A DNA stretch of 64,000 nucleotides, from the NCBI GenBank assembly GCA_965153455.1, contig OZ234494.1, positions 10,912,001 to 10,976,000 on the forward strand. The letters are read 5' to 3'. How positions within the stretch are numbered: position 1 is the stretch's first letter; every line of letters begins with the position of its first letter. The stretch comes from Sphagnum compactum. Taxonomy: Eukaryota. The notes below the pieces were generated by a model, which was given only the letters and a program-made list of their open reading frames with translations, was not told where the DNA came from and did not search any database. A program made the translations under genes and the position numbers. Below, one piece after another: positions 38,655 to 51,413 of the stretch.

Positions 38655-41364
38655 GATGGGCATATGAATAAGGACCATGAGCAATCAATCTTGCATCATC
38701 TGATGTAAAACAACACCATGACAACAAAATCAACAACAAAACAGGAAACCAGAGATTGCATGAGTAGCAGTACTTGATCTGGATTCTGGAGGTCTTTCTC
38801 CGGACTATGAAGATTGTGAAGGCCATGAGTATAGAAACAGTCCTCCATTCAGTCCTTGAATCTTCACAGCACATTTTAGTACCAGTCTCCAAAGCAAGAC
38901 AATCAGCCATATCTACTGTAATATGCTCTTATGCTGTATTGCAAGGGTCGGCCCAATATGCTATTTAAAAACTGATCATCACTTTGATGAAAGCCAAGAG
39001 ATGGAAAGACAATGTACCATAGTATGTCAGCAGCTTCAACACAAATTTGTATTGTTTGTAGAAATGTTTTGAAATTTTTCTCAACATAAATTCTTTCCTC
39101 AAAGAACAACATTCATTCTGTGAAGGAAATTAAAGAATATTTTGGAATATTGAGGAATACTCTGTATTGATAGGGAATCTTCAAGATCAAATTAATTAAT
39201 TATTTGACAAACATGTGTTGAAGCTGCCGCTGTACTGCAGTACCTTGTAGGGTGTCCTGATTGGTGAGTGTGTTTGAAGCCTTGTCCTCCCAAAGTTTCA
39301 TACCAGTTCATATAGACTTGAACCTTGACTGAGTAATTTACCCTTTTCCTTTGGGGAAATGCTATAGAAACTTGGATGCAGCAGATGTTTTGTGGAATGA
39401 GTTTTGGCCCAAAATTTTGAGGCAGATTATTATCTGCATGTCTACACCCACTGTTGAGAGTTAGTCTAGTGGGGAACTGATCTGCCAGTTTATCGATGCT
39501 ATTCATGATGATGCTGATCAATGGCTTAGACTTTGTGAGTGACACTTATAAGATTATGGCTGCACACTCATTCTTTTCATGTTACCTTCAAAAGTGTTAG
39601 TTTGGAGTTTTCTCTATGAATCTCATAGATGTGTTCAAGGGAGATAATTTAGTCTGATATGTTTCCAGTTCCTCCTGAATGGTGACCCTAATTTCTTCAT
39701 ATTCATTCTGTTAGATCTATCTCTCTTGATTCATTGCATAGTGTGTGCTTCAGATTACACTGCAGTTTGGGCTTTTTTTGATGAGGAGAGGCCTGGCTAC
39801 AGGTAGCAATTTCCTATTGTTGTTGGTAGAACATGAGGGATGTATCTACACTGCTATGTTTTGTTGTATCTTCTTCTAATACCTTTTGCTCACAGAGAAA
39901 CATGATATGGAAGTAGCAATTGGCCAGAGTCATTGAGTGCAGGGTAAAACCCGAGGAGTGTTTCATTACCCCGTGCAAAGCACCAGCAGAATACTCTGCT
40001 AGGTATCACGGGGAAAGAAATTGAAAAAAAGAGGCCAGGCATTTCAAACAACAAAACACCAGCTCCAGATATCATTGGAAATGCACTGTCGTTTGTGGAG
40101 GACAGATTCCATTTGATAACATGCCCTCCAAATATGCTGAAACAATTCTGCCAGTGCTTTACGTGGATCAATGGTTGCAAATATAACAGAAAACTGATGG
40201 AGGGAATGCATAATTGCATGTATAGGTTTATGACTATTAAGATTTTGTGGTCTTAATTGAAGATTGATGACCAATTGAAGATTTGTGGTCAACTCTCTTC
40301 TATTATACCTCTCTAATGTGTGTAGTAGAAGGGTTCTACTTATGATAAAGAAGCTCCAGACTTGCTATTGAATTTGAGCCTAATTTCCAAATCACCACAA
40401 TGTTCTCACTTGATAAAAACCTTTGTGACATTTTTCCCACTGATGGCAACTGCCTTATGATTGTGTGGATGATCACAGGCCCAGGCCAGGCCCTTCTGCT
40501 TTTCAAGGTGTTGGAGGATGACTGCTGAGGTACATGAGAATTCATTGGTGCACCTAGAGCCACATACAAAGTTAGTGCATTGACGAGCGCAGAGATTGGC
40601 ATGCAAGGTAAGGAGGCTGTGAGGCTGTTGAGACTAGTCACCGCTTCCTCAGTAACATACAAGTACAGGCAGATGTTGGCAAGTCCTTAATCTGGCCTGT
40701 AGAATGAGCTTGACAATGCTACTAGGGAATTTCATATCATGCTGATTGCTTTGTTTCTTGACTGTTGTAAAATTAGGAGACATGAGTTTGCACGAGTTGC
40801 ATCTTTTGACAAACTTGACCATAGAAAAATCCTGAAAATTCTCCTTAAATTCAACAAACAGAAAGTGGATGACTGATGTAATGGATTTTTGAAAGATGCC
40901 CTTAATTCATTGTGCTAACCTCTGACATGCAGTTGATTTTTGAAGATGACTAGAGTCTGCTTTACAAGTTTCCATAGTGCATAGTTTAATTTTATGTGTA
41001 CCTGACTGTTGGGGTAGCCATTGCTGAAGGAAGTCGGTTGCAATATCTTGAAGACATTCTGCACCTCACATTAGGGTTTATTCAAAATTTCAGCTTGAAA
41101 TCTGCTTGAAGTTGTAGGAAAACCTTGAATGGCATAATGTGCAACTTAGGAACTGATGTTTCCATCACTTCACATCCTTTGCTTGCTGCTGGATTGACAA
41201 TTTGTCATGAAACCCCTATCTACTATCTGGATATGCAAAAATGTGGAATATGGATCTTGAGTTGTAAAAAAGGTGCTCATGTATGGAAAGGTCCACTGAA
41301 CATGGTTTGGATCCCAGGCACCTATGCATGGCCAATAGAAGGCAGGAAAGTCTCAGCTTTGTGA
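38655..41364 (+). pseudogene. Putative decayed multi-exon gene of unidentified family
   Basis: Higher-GC island with protein-like frames broken by single stops. Examples: IPVHIDLNLD*VIYPFPLGKCYRNLDAADVLWNEFWPKIL...FIDAIHDDADQWLRL then gtgagt (about 39300-39534); cacag acceptor at 39895 then ...HWKCTVVCGGQIPFDNMPSKYAETILPVLYVDQWL; LAIEFEPNFQITTMFSLD... (about 40360-40690); ORF 41125-41364. Confidence 0.4.
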
Positions 41365-41559
41365 TAACATCCTATTGATATTAGGGGCAAGATAAAGCCT
41401 GAGGCTGTGGGCTTTACTGGAATAAGGGCCTGTGCGAGGTGGAGCCTTGTGAGGAGCCTTGTGTGGACCCAAATCTGGTAAAGCCCCTGACCACAGGAAA
41501 ATTGCTTTTTGCCTTTGATGGAGTAACTCTCCAACTACACTACAAAAATCAGTGAAGGC

Positions 41560-41755
41560 CTCTTCATGCAACTTACTGTTACTGATTGGCTGGTCACACT
41601 GATCGGCCCACGTGTGGTCCTTACACGGTTCCTCAATGTATAATGTTTAAGATTTACAGTTTAGGGGTTGGGAGGGAAAATATATTAACAGAAAATTTGG
41701 ATGTGAAAACATAGAGTGCAGGCCATTTTTCAGTGGACCGCTGGAGATGCTCTTA
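41560..41755. mobile_element. PIF/Harbinger (Tourist-like) MITE fragment, one end only
   Basis: Ends in ctggagatgctct-ta, whose reverse complement AGAGCATCTCCAG is a typical Tourist TIR next to a TTA/TAA-type site. The matching left TIR was not found. Confidence 0.4.
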
Positions 41756-42539
41756 TGCTCGAATGGAGACAAATGAGTTTGCATTCGGGATGGCCATAAG
41801 TGTTCTTCTAAATTTTGTCAGGGTTCTTGATGTGTATGATAAAGCCCCATGGTGGGGGTATTCCCAAAGAAGGGGCCTACGATGAGGGTGGTAGCTAAGC
41901 GTGGCCCCACATTCTGGGAACGTCTCTCAGCTGTCGGGTTTACCCATCTTCAAAGCATGAGGCAAAGGTTGTCATGAACTTAAACAAATATAGATCATGA
42001 GGTGTAAGAGGGGGAGGCTTCTTAGGCCTACTCCTCAAAAGTGGGACGAAACCTAATGCCTCCTTAAAAGTGGGAGGCAAGTAGACCTGAGAGCCTTCAA
42101 CTCTTCACAAGTAGGTGTACCATCCTTCCTCATTTCTGGGAGAGATCAACGTGGATTATAAGGTGGCTTCCAGATACACTAGGAAATTTCTCTGAAAGCT
42201 TTACTTTGTCTAGAGTGAGCAAGAGGTACTAATTCTCTCCTACGTTGTGGCCAAATGTCAAGCAATTCAGCACTTTCACCATTAATTTCAGTTCTGGTTG
42301 GTGAATACATGGACAATGCGGTTTAGGTATCTGCATGGTTATATGCACTTAGGTGCCCTTCCTGTTGCCAATTGTGTGTATTCCATAACAATCATTTAAG
42401 CTCTCCAGTTGCTGCTGTGTTGTTCAAACTCTAACCTGAATAGGTAGGGTGTTCTTAGGAAGGGCTATTAGTCCAGGCCAAAAATAGTGTCAGCCAATTT
42501 TAGGAATAGAATTTCCATTCAACCAAATGAGAAGTCGCA

Positions 42540-42870
42540 TCATGGACTGAAGGGTCCCCCCTTTTTTCTTGCGGGTGAGGGGGAGTGAGGTTTTGTTTTC
42601 CAAGTTCTGTTTGGTGTGGAGAGTGGACCGTCCACTTTCCATCATGTTCCCCCAAAGAGTTCACAATAGCACCTCACTTTTATCCCATATGCACATGTTG
42701 TCCTCCTTTCACCTATATAGGTGGGCCAGAGGGGAGGAACTCTATACTTCAAAATAGAACCTTCTACTTAGGGGAGCCTCCATAGTTTCTTTTTTTTTTG
42801 AGTGATGGGTCAATCAAATTGACTCATTGCAACCAAAACAAATTGAACTTGGGAGGAACCTCATCTAATG
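42540..42870 (+). repeat. Dispersed repeat copy, same family as 3645-3870
   Basis: See 3645-3870. Blocks catgttcccc, cctatataggtgggcc and gagtgatgggtcaatcaaattgactcattgc. Confidence 0.55.
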
Positions 42871-44649
42871 AATATGAGAGGTGCATATCATTACTTGGGG
42901 TTCATTAGGTACTCTACATCATTAATTTTGATATCATAACATAGAGGCATACGTATTAGAGTGGGTAAGATCTACACAGGGCATGAAAACATAATATACA
43001 GCTGTCTATCAACAAATACCTTCATAACCTCCATGGGTATCAGGTTTGGGCCTCTAGGGTTTGGGCCTCATGAGTTGAAGTTTCAAATGACATGAAGCTC
43101 TGTGAAGCTGAGTTTTCAATGACATAACCTTCATGGGTATCAGGTTTGGGCCTCTGTGATACCCAATCAAGTTTCAAAGTGCAAATTTTCACTCAAAGTC
43201 AGAACCTTCAGTTTTTGGTTTGAAAATCGGAATGAGAATCGACCTGAAAACTGAGAGGGTTAGTCATACTCGCCTAACACTGGTTCAAACCAGTGTTATT
43301 TGTTCTTGATTTTGAAAGGAACCTTGGTTCTGGTTGTTGGTTTTGTTTTTATTTCATAGAATCTTGTGCAGATTTGAGGTGGTTTTCTAGATTTAAAAAA
43401 CCTCCTGTTTTGGATACTTCCCAAGAATTTGAAGCTCACTCCAAATTAAGGATTGGTTGGGTTCCACTTACATTGCACCAAACAAAAATTAATCTGAATA
43501 AATATGCACCCACACTCACGAGGAGTGGGCTACTAATTCAGTAGAAAACTGGGGAGATATGCAATCAAGAAAACAAAATCTGAACAGCCAACCCACCTTT
43601 TTTTTCATTTATGGGTTGTTGCAAATGTGGCAAAAAAATAATACCAACAGAAAGCACATATGGCGAAAATAAAATGTTCCCAAAATTTATTTGGCAAATG
43701 CCATTTTTATAAAATGGCCCTTAGGCGCCTACGTAAAAGGCCATAGAGTCCATGGTGACAATGAGGCATATTTCTTTGGCTATATCCTTTGGCTACTAAA
43801 ATTCCAAATCCATCAATATCTCGCTATGTGCACTAGATGCTGGTAGAAAAATTTGACTATAAACCTAAGCTAAGAAGAAACCTAAGCTAAGAAGTGTTAT
43901 CCAACAACAAGCATCTGAGAAGAGGGGCATGAAATCACCATTAAAATTTAAGCATATCGGCCTCGGTCATTTGTTGATTGAACAGTAGACCGAATTTCAT
44001 AAGTATCTTCATAAGGAAAGTTGTGAAGTGTGAAAAAAATTTGTGCATACATAGAAACAACTAGTTGAAAATGGTTGTTCAATCTATTCCGCACTTTGTT
44101 TTTCAAGAATGCAACAAAATTGAAACATCATTCATTCTCAACAAAACTGAACACATGAACCATGGCAATCTCTACCACCTTTAAGTACTCAGGAAAAGCA
44201 TTAGTCAGCAATTGTGATGCATGGATCACTCGTCACATGCGTGTGAAAGGATTGATGTTGCTAGGGTTAACCTTGTCAAATGCAAGAGTCACGACTTCAA
44301 CCATGGCTTGAACAACATTTGATTTCATGGTCAACTTAAACAAAGCCTTGTTGAACATCCAAATCCCAACCTAAAAGAATAGCAAGAACCATAGGGACAG
44401 ATTTGCCGTCTTTCGATTGTCCACATGGATGTGGGGCTACAATAAAAAAAATTCAGCACTTCAAAATGTCAAGGAAATGTCACATATATGTCCACTTGCA
44501 ACTAGTATTGGGGATAAAAAATCCCCATAACATCCATGATTGCTTGTTCAAGAAATCGTGCAACCAACTTTACTATCAAGCCTTCCACAACCTTTGCCAT
44601 CCAACGTAAAACAAAACATGACAAAGGCAAAAAGACAAAAAGAAAAAAA

Positions 44650-45330
44650 AAGAAAAAACCATCTAAATACATGGTTCTACAAATCTAACATTTAGGCAAA
44701 TACATAAGAAGATTGGACCACAATCCATGGTTATGTAAATTTTACAAAAGGCAAAAAAAAATTACAAGACCGTCCCAGTTCAAATAGTTCTACATATTGG
44801 ACAGAGGCAAAAATATAACAAAACACATAACTTCATGATTATGGAATCTAACAGAGGCAAAAAAATAAAAAGATTCATTTAAGCTCATAATTCTAGAATT
44901 TGACGAAGGTAAAACATATGAAGATCATGTAGGTTCATGGTTACAAAATGTGATAGAGGCAAGATATAAAAAGATTGATCTAAGTTTAAAGTTCCACCTA
45001 ATCTAACAGAGGCAAAACATAAGAAGATTGATCTAAGTTCAAAGTTCCCAAATCTGACAGAGGCCAAATATAAGAAGATTCATCTAAGTTCATAGTTCCA
45101 GAATTTGATAGAGGCAAAACATATGAAAATTGACCTAAATTCAAAGTTCTTGAATCTAAAAAAAGCCAAATATAAGAAGATTTATCCAAGTTCAAAGTTT
45201 CAAAATTTAACAGAAGCAAAAGATATGAAGATAACCTTAAGTGCATGGTTATAAAATCTAATAGAAACAAGAAATAAGAATATCATAATTAAGTTCATGG
45301 TTCTGGAATCTAACAAAGGGAAAAAGATAA
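44650..45330. repeat. Tandem array (about 57-bp unit) inside the hAT transposase intron; it resumes at 49915-50100
   Basis: The unit aatctaacagaggcaaaa.ataagaagattgatctaagttcaaagttcc is repeated more than 10 times, and the same unit reappears after the nested insertion. Confidence 0.85.
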
Positions 45331-47829
45331 AAATACCATATGGGTCCATTCACAATAAAAAGAACCACAAGCACAATCCTTACCAAGGACTACATTTTAC
45401 ACATGCCTTGCATGGATTAGTTTATTAAATACAAGAACTATATTTAAAATGCAATTTATGGGATTGAATATCAATATTGTGACCAAACATGACCCATATT
45501 ATAGTAAAAAATATTTCTTTTGCATGAAAACCTAGATTATAAATTTTGAACCTTTTTAACCATTAAGGATGTTTAGAATCAAAATTAACAACATTTGTTC
45601 AAAGGATAATACATGTGCATTTTAGAATATAAATACGTGTGGCCCTTTTTATGAACTTCTTATGAAGTATATTACAATCCATAATAAAATTGAAAGCATT
45701 TGGTGAACATTTGAGTAATAAAAAAAATGTTCAAATTTTATAGTCCTTGGAAAAACCTTGTCAACAAGTGCTTTGTGTATGAGGTCCAACCACACTATTA
45801 GGAGCCACACGTGCCCTTTAAACCCTTGCTTTATTCTTAAAATATTTTTAGAATTTTTTTAATATGTCTTTCAAAAAACATTAAAAATCTTTCAAGTTTT
45901 ATTGATACTACATTATGTTAAGGTTAACATTAAAAAATATCCCAAAATATGTCATTAAAAAATATTTTCACATTGTGTTTTTAGTGTCAAAACCACTTTT
46001 AGCTATTTGTATGTAGTTTTCACTAGAAGAAAAACATATATTTTCGACTAGTCTTTGCGATTAAATTTTCAGTCGCAAGAAACATTTTGCAACTAAAATC
46101 CCTTTAGTCGCCTAAGATAAGTCGCATGTGATAAACTAGTTGCAAATGACAAAGGGTATTGTATGAAAAAAAAGTCAACAAATACATTTCATCCTTTGAC
46201 TCCATTGTATACGTATTGTCACATACGACTAAGATGCAATTATTTTGGTCACAATTGAGGGCAAATGATGTGCTGCCACGTGTCATAATATTTGATTATT
46301 TATAATTTTATAATAATTATTATTTTGAAATAATCTAGGACGTTCAATTCAAATACTTGGATGATCTTATATTATGACACGTGGCCCAATGTACGTATGC
46401 CACGTGGCATTAAAAAAATATTTTAATAAAAATATTAATATTAGGTTGGTAGGTACCTAGGTAGATACATAAATAGGTGCCTACAAACCTAGGCTACATA
46501 CCAACTTACCTACTTAGGTTTAAAAATAGATAAGTAGGTTTTACGTTCCGAAGTTAAATACTTATTCATATAGGTAAATACTTAGGTAGGTAGGTACATA
46601 GGTCAACCTAGGTGGGTAGGTCAAACTAGGTACCTATCTAGTTAGGTAGATAAATAGGTTAGGAAGGTAAATATTTTAGAAATGTGCATAGTGTAGGTTG
46701 GGATGAGCTTTTTGATTAGCTCATCCCATGTGCACAAATTTCTTAATGTGAAATTGGATGACGACACCCCCTTGTTTATATAGTGTTCAAAATAGGAACA
46801 AAGAACAAACAATATGGGATAAGTTTTGAACGCAAATTCCTCACAAATTAAGTTGTAATTCCAAAACTTTCTTCATGCTTTACTCTCTTAGTTTTTTTAT
46901 TTCTAAACAATTCAAGTATTAGATAACTAAATAATCATTTAATTAATAAGGATTAAATTTACAATAAATTATAAATTATACACTACAAATATTCAATATT
47001 CATTATCAATTATTTAAATAAGTAATAACTTCTTAATATCTAACAAACTAGTTATCTAAATACTCACAAGTTATTAATACATAACTCATAAATAATTAAA
47101 TAACTAAAGTATTTTAAAATATTGTATTACTTTTTAGAATCTGATCAAATTATATATAATATAATTAATGTAAAAATATTTTAAATATTTTTGTTAAAAT
47201 TATAAGTAATGAATTAACAATTTGCTATTAGAAAGTAACGAATTTTTGAAAAATTCTTATTCAACTAATTACATTACTTATTTTATAATTACCTTTATTC
47301 TTGTAAAAATTATTATAGGTCAAGTAATTTTTTTCTCTTGGTAATTGTTAACTATAAATACAATAATTTGTTAAACATAACATTAATTTTCATAATTACT
47401 GTAAAATTACTATAAAATAATTATCGTAGATGATTAGTCGCAGAATTAAAAAATTAATAATATTATATAATAACTCATGAGATTAAAGTCAATAAAATAA
47501 TTATTTTAACTACACTATAGTTTTTCCAAATTTTTAATTCAGGTTTGAAGTTATACATTATAGAGTGTGAATAATTATGTTCAATTAGAAAATAATTATG
47601 CACATACTAATTAATTCTTATCTGAAATAATTACAATGATTTTAAACTAATGTTACACTAATTATATTAACTTATTTATTCTAATGTAAGAATATAAATT
47701 ATATAACATACGAATATATATTATAACAATAATTATTTAGTGTAATTTAGATTTAATAAACACAATCATTTATAATTATTTATAAAAGTGATTTATTATG
47801 GATAACACTAGTAAAAAAACCCTTAAAAT

Positions 47830-48740
47830 TCAATAAATAATTTTTTGAATTAAAATATAAATTCAAGATTCCAACATAATAATTCAGAATTCAAATATCA
47901 ATTTTTAGATCAAATAAGTGTTTTGAAGTTAAATACCAAATTTCAGAATTGGAATTTCAATTTTCAGATTCAAATTTAATATTCAAAACTAAAATGTCCA
48001 TTTTAAGACTCAATTAACAATTTTCTGAATTGAAATATGAATTTCAAAAATACAAAATAATAATTTGGAATTGAAATTTCAACTTTCAAGTCAGATAATT
48101 TCTTAAAATTGAAATTTTTAACTTCAGAATTCAAATTTCAAATTTGAAGTCCAAATAAAAATATTTTAAATCAAAATGTCAATTTTTAGACTCAATAAAG
48201 TTTTTTGAATTGAAATACTAATTTTTAGATCAAATAAGTTTTTTGAATTTAAATAACAATTTGCAGAATTGAAATGTCAATTATCAAATTCAAATAACAA
48301 TATTCAAAATTGAAATGTCCAAATTTAGACTCAATTAATATTTTTTCAAACTTGAAGTATTAATTTTGAGAATCCAAAATAATAATTTGGAATTGAAATT
48401 TCAGGTTCAAATGAAATAATTATTTAAAATTTAAATTCATAATTTTTAGAGTCGAAATATAAATTTTCATGTTCATATAAAAAAATTCAAAATTAAAATG
48501 TCCATATTTATTTAGAATTCAAATATCAATTTTTTAGATCAAATAAGCCTTTTTAATTTAAATTGAAAATATCATATTCAAATCAAAAATTTGAAATTCA
48601 AATAATGTTTTAAACAATTGAAATAATAATCAGATTCAAATATCAAGTTTCAAATTCTAATATATTTTTTAAAAATTAAAATAATAGTTTTGAGAGTTGA
48701 AATATCAATTTTCAGATGAATAAAAAATTCAAAGTTCAAA
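47830..48740. repeat. AT-rich degenerate satellite inside the CACTA element
   Basis: Recurrent aattgaaat.tcaatttttaga.tcaaataa units. Confidence 0.7.
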
Positions 48741-49078
48741 TATTAATTTTGAGATTCATTATATGAACAATATTCATACGTATGCATATTATATATATAA
48801 TTTTAGTACATACATTAAAATACACCCCTATGTCATTGTAAAATACCTTTAAGATGCAACTAATTTGGTGACTATTACAACTAATGGGACATATCAACCT
48901 ATTAATGGATGAAAATAAATGTAAAATTGATCCAACTAATAGGATGAAATTTTTAATAGTTACATCATAGTTGTGAGAATGACCAAAATAGTTGAAATAT
49001 GGTCCTATAGTTGCAAATGTTCCCAAATCTAGTTGTAAACGACTACAAGTCGCATATAGTCGTAAATGGAATGGTTAC

Positions 49079-49470
49079 CAGAGTCTTGCATTGGGCTTGA
49101 CAATTATACCCATACCCGACCCACAGCTGCGCGTGGGTCAACTGTACCCACCCATTACCCACCCATGGCACCTTGTCCATACCCATTACCCACCCAATTC
49201 ATACCCATCAGTCCATCACCAAAATAAGTTATTTAAGAGTACTTTGAAGTGTTTTTAAAAGGAGGGATGTGCCATTGATTTATTGTAAACAGTTACATAC
49301 ACAGTGACTACTATACGACGAGTCGCCCTATAATCTGCTAACTCAGTCGTTGTAAAGCCCGGGTCCCTCGTACCCACCCATTACCCACCCATGCGTCCAA
49401 GCCCATACCCATTACCCACCCATTTACCCATGGGTATGGGTGGGTATTGGGTACCCATTGCAGGACTCTA
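49079..49470. mobile_element. hAT-type MITE nested in the CACTA right arm
   Basis: TIRs cagagtcttgca and the reverse complement tagagtcctgca. Perfect 8-bp TSD ATGGTTAC at 49071-49078 and 49471-49478. Internal tacccat/cacccat repeats. Confidence 0.9.
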
Positions 49471-51413
49471 ATGGTTACACATTTTGGCTGATTTCTACTA
49501 GTGTTTTAAGCAATGGTTACAAGAGGTTAAAAGTCCTTATATGTATTTTTCACTCATTATATTGATTCCAATTTTTTATGATATGTACATAATGTATTCA
49601 AAATAACATTTTATAAAAAAAATTCTATTTATTATTATTTTTTTAATAATCCAAAGTTCAAAAAATGAAATAATGGTTATGACTACTTTTGGTACATGTT
49701 AATATGACTGCACCCTATGACAAAAGAAACTAATAACATAATGAAATGATTCCAAATTTGTAAGATATCAATTTCATGAATAAACAAGCAAAACTCCATA
49801 ATATGAACAAATAATTCATTATATATAATTATTGGTGATTTTTCAAAATAATAGAGGTGCAGTTTTCACTGCAATCAACAAGTGATTTGGCTCATTTTAC
49901 TATGAATGCACCCATTTGACTTCATCCTTTTGGAGTCTAACAGAAGCAAAAAGAGGTGAAGACCATCTAAATTCATTGTTTTGGAATTTGACAAAGCCGG
50001 AAAGTTAAGAAGACTTTCATAGTTCATGGTTTTGGGATGTGATAGAAGTAGAAAGATAAAAAGACCATCAAACTTCATTACAAGTACCTAAATGAAACCA
50101 AATCTACAAAACTCATATCAATAGAAATAAGAAGGGTTGAAGGATTTACATTTGCATTTAGCTTTCACAAGTTTTACCACTTTGGCATATGCAACTTGTG
50201 TCACCGGCAATATAACATTTGTATCAGGGCAAAGTACACCCCAATGAGCCCATATATTTTCGCCATTTATAACAATGCAAGATGTTTGATGCATTTTATG
50301 TTATAATTAGTCACCCATTTTGTATGGATTTGTTGGTGGTCACCCTGTAACAATCCGTGGAGGGACCAAAATTCATTTACTTGGAATAACAAAATGGCAT
50401 CACAATACATACTATATAGCTAACCTTGGCATACCTTGACTATAGCTATGAAATCGGATATGAAGATATCCCCCCATTGTGCAAATTTAAAAAAAGATTG
50501 CATGTTCTCCATAAGCGGCAGAATACAAGCCAGCCCAAGCAATATATGAACATTAAAAAGAAAACCCAAATTGGTCTATACATACACCACACAATGCATA
50601 TTTGCCAATATACAACATTTTTGGGATTTGCGAAACAAGAAAATAAAGATAGACCATGTTATCATGATAATCACCTAGACCAACAACATCAAAATAGAAA
50701 AACCTAAAATGTTACATAGATGCAAAACCATAGTTTAGGGAGATAGAAATACCTTTATATTACCACATGGATTGTAGAGTAGTAAGCTTGCATCACCGCA
50801 AACAAAAGGTGGTATTATGCCATGATCCTCTTCAATGGATCAAGCATGGACATCCATCTTGTTGACATTCTTGAGGATTTTGTTCCCTTTTGTCTCTAGG
50901 GTTTGAGCAAGTCTCTGGAATTCCAAATGTCTTTTTGGTGAATGGTTAAAATAGTCATACATGTTCAACATAAAGCCTTCAGTCTTAGTAATGACGGTCA
51001 AATCTCCCAACGACTACACTACCAAATTAGTGTGATGTGCAACACAATGCACACCCATGGAAAAGGGGGCCCATGAATCTTTGATTTGCTTTGTCACTTT
51101 AGTTTTGCCTCCGTAAAACACTTTCAATCCATCTGCCCCAAAACACATGAACTTTTTGGATAGCTCCTCTTTATTTAACCCCCCACCCTTCATCATAAAG
51201 TTCATAATCACCTCAGTGAGGTTGTTAGAACTCGATCCATCAATAATTCAATCAACACATTTAAAGATAAGGACTTTGGTCCAACCATCAACCACATAGG
51301 CATGGACACATATCCAAGAACCATTATCTATGGTTTTCACCTCATCACAAGAACATGCAAGAATTGAGCAAATTGTAATTGAGCAAATTAGCGAGGCCGT
51401 AAAATGAATTGCT

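Larger units (their letters stand above)
46021..49503. mobile_element. Non-autonomous CACTA (En/Spm) element
   Basis: Starts CACTAGAAGAAA and ends TTTCTACTAGTG, with a 3-bp TSD TTT on both sides. Subterminal agtcgca/cgacta repeats. No coding capacity. Confidence 0.85.
45341..49914. mobile_element. Non-autonomous TIR element inserted into the 57-bp array
   Basis: About 30-bp imperfect TIRs: tgggtccattcacaataaaaagaacc and the reverse complement tgggtgcattcatagtaaaatgagcc. The TGGGT.CATTCA start is the same as in the 28629 element. The host array is continuous across the insertion. TSD unresolved. Confidence 0.7.
43990..51380 (-). pseudogene. hAT-superfamily transposase pseudogene; coding remnants about 50765-51380, 50150-50560 and 43990-44600
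   Basis: Minus-strand remnants: CDEVKTIDNGSW, FGADG...GVHCVAHHTNL (CxxH), YFNHSPKRHLEFQRLAQTLETKGNKILKNV(KTRW), LLGLACILPL...FAQ..DIFISDF. The hATC dimerisation region reads FPEYLKVVEIAMVHV...VENE*CF...FLKNKVRNRLNNHFQLVV...FFTLHNFPY. Multiple stops and frameshifts. Confidence 0.85.

Noticed and set aside
43275..43298. Perfect palindrome taacactggtt-ca-aaccagtgtta
   Set aside because: It lies within ggttc/gaacc-rich repeat debris and is most simply explained as abutting ends of small repeats.
44650..45330. 57-bp array as a possible CRISPR array, or LRR-like ORFs (44885..45067, 44998..45270)
   Set aside because: There are no unique spacers and no cas genes, and the context is eukaryotic. It is a tandem repeat inside a hAT intron, and the ORFs just translate it.
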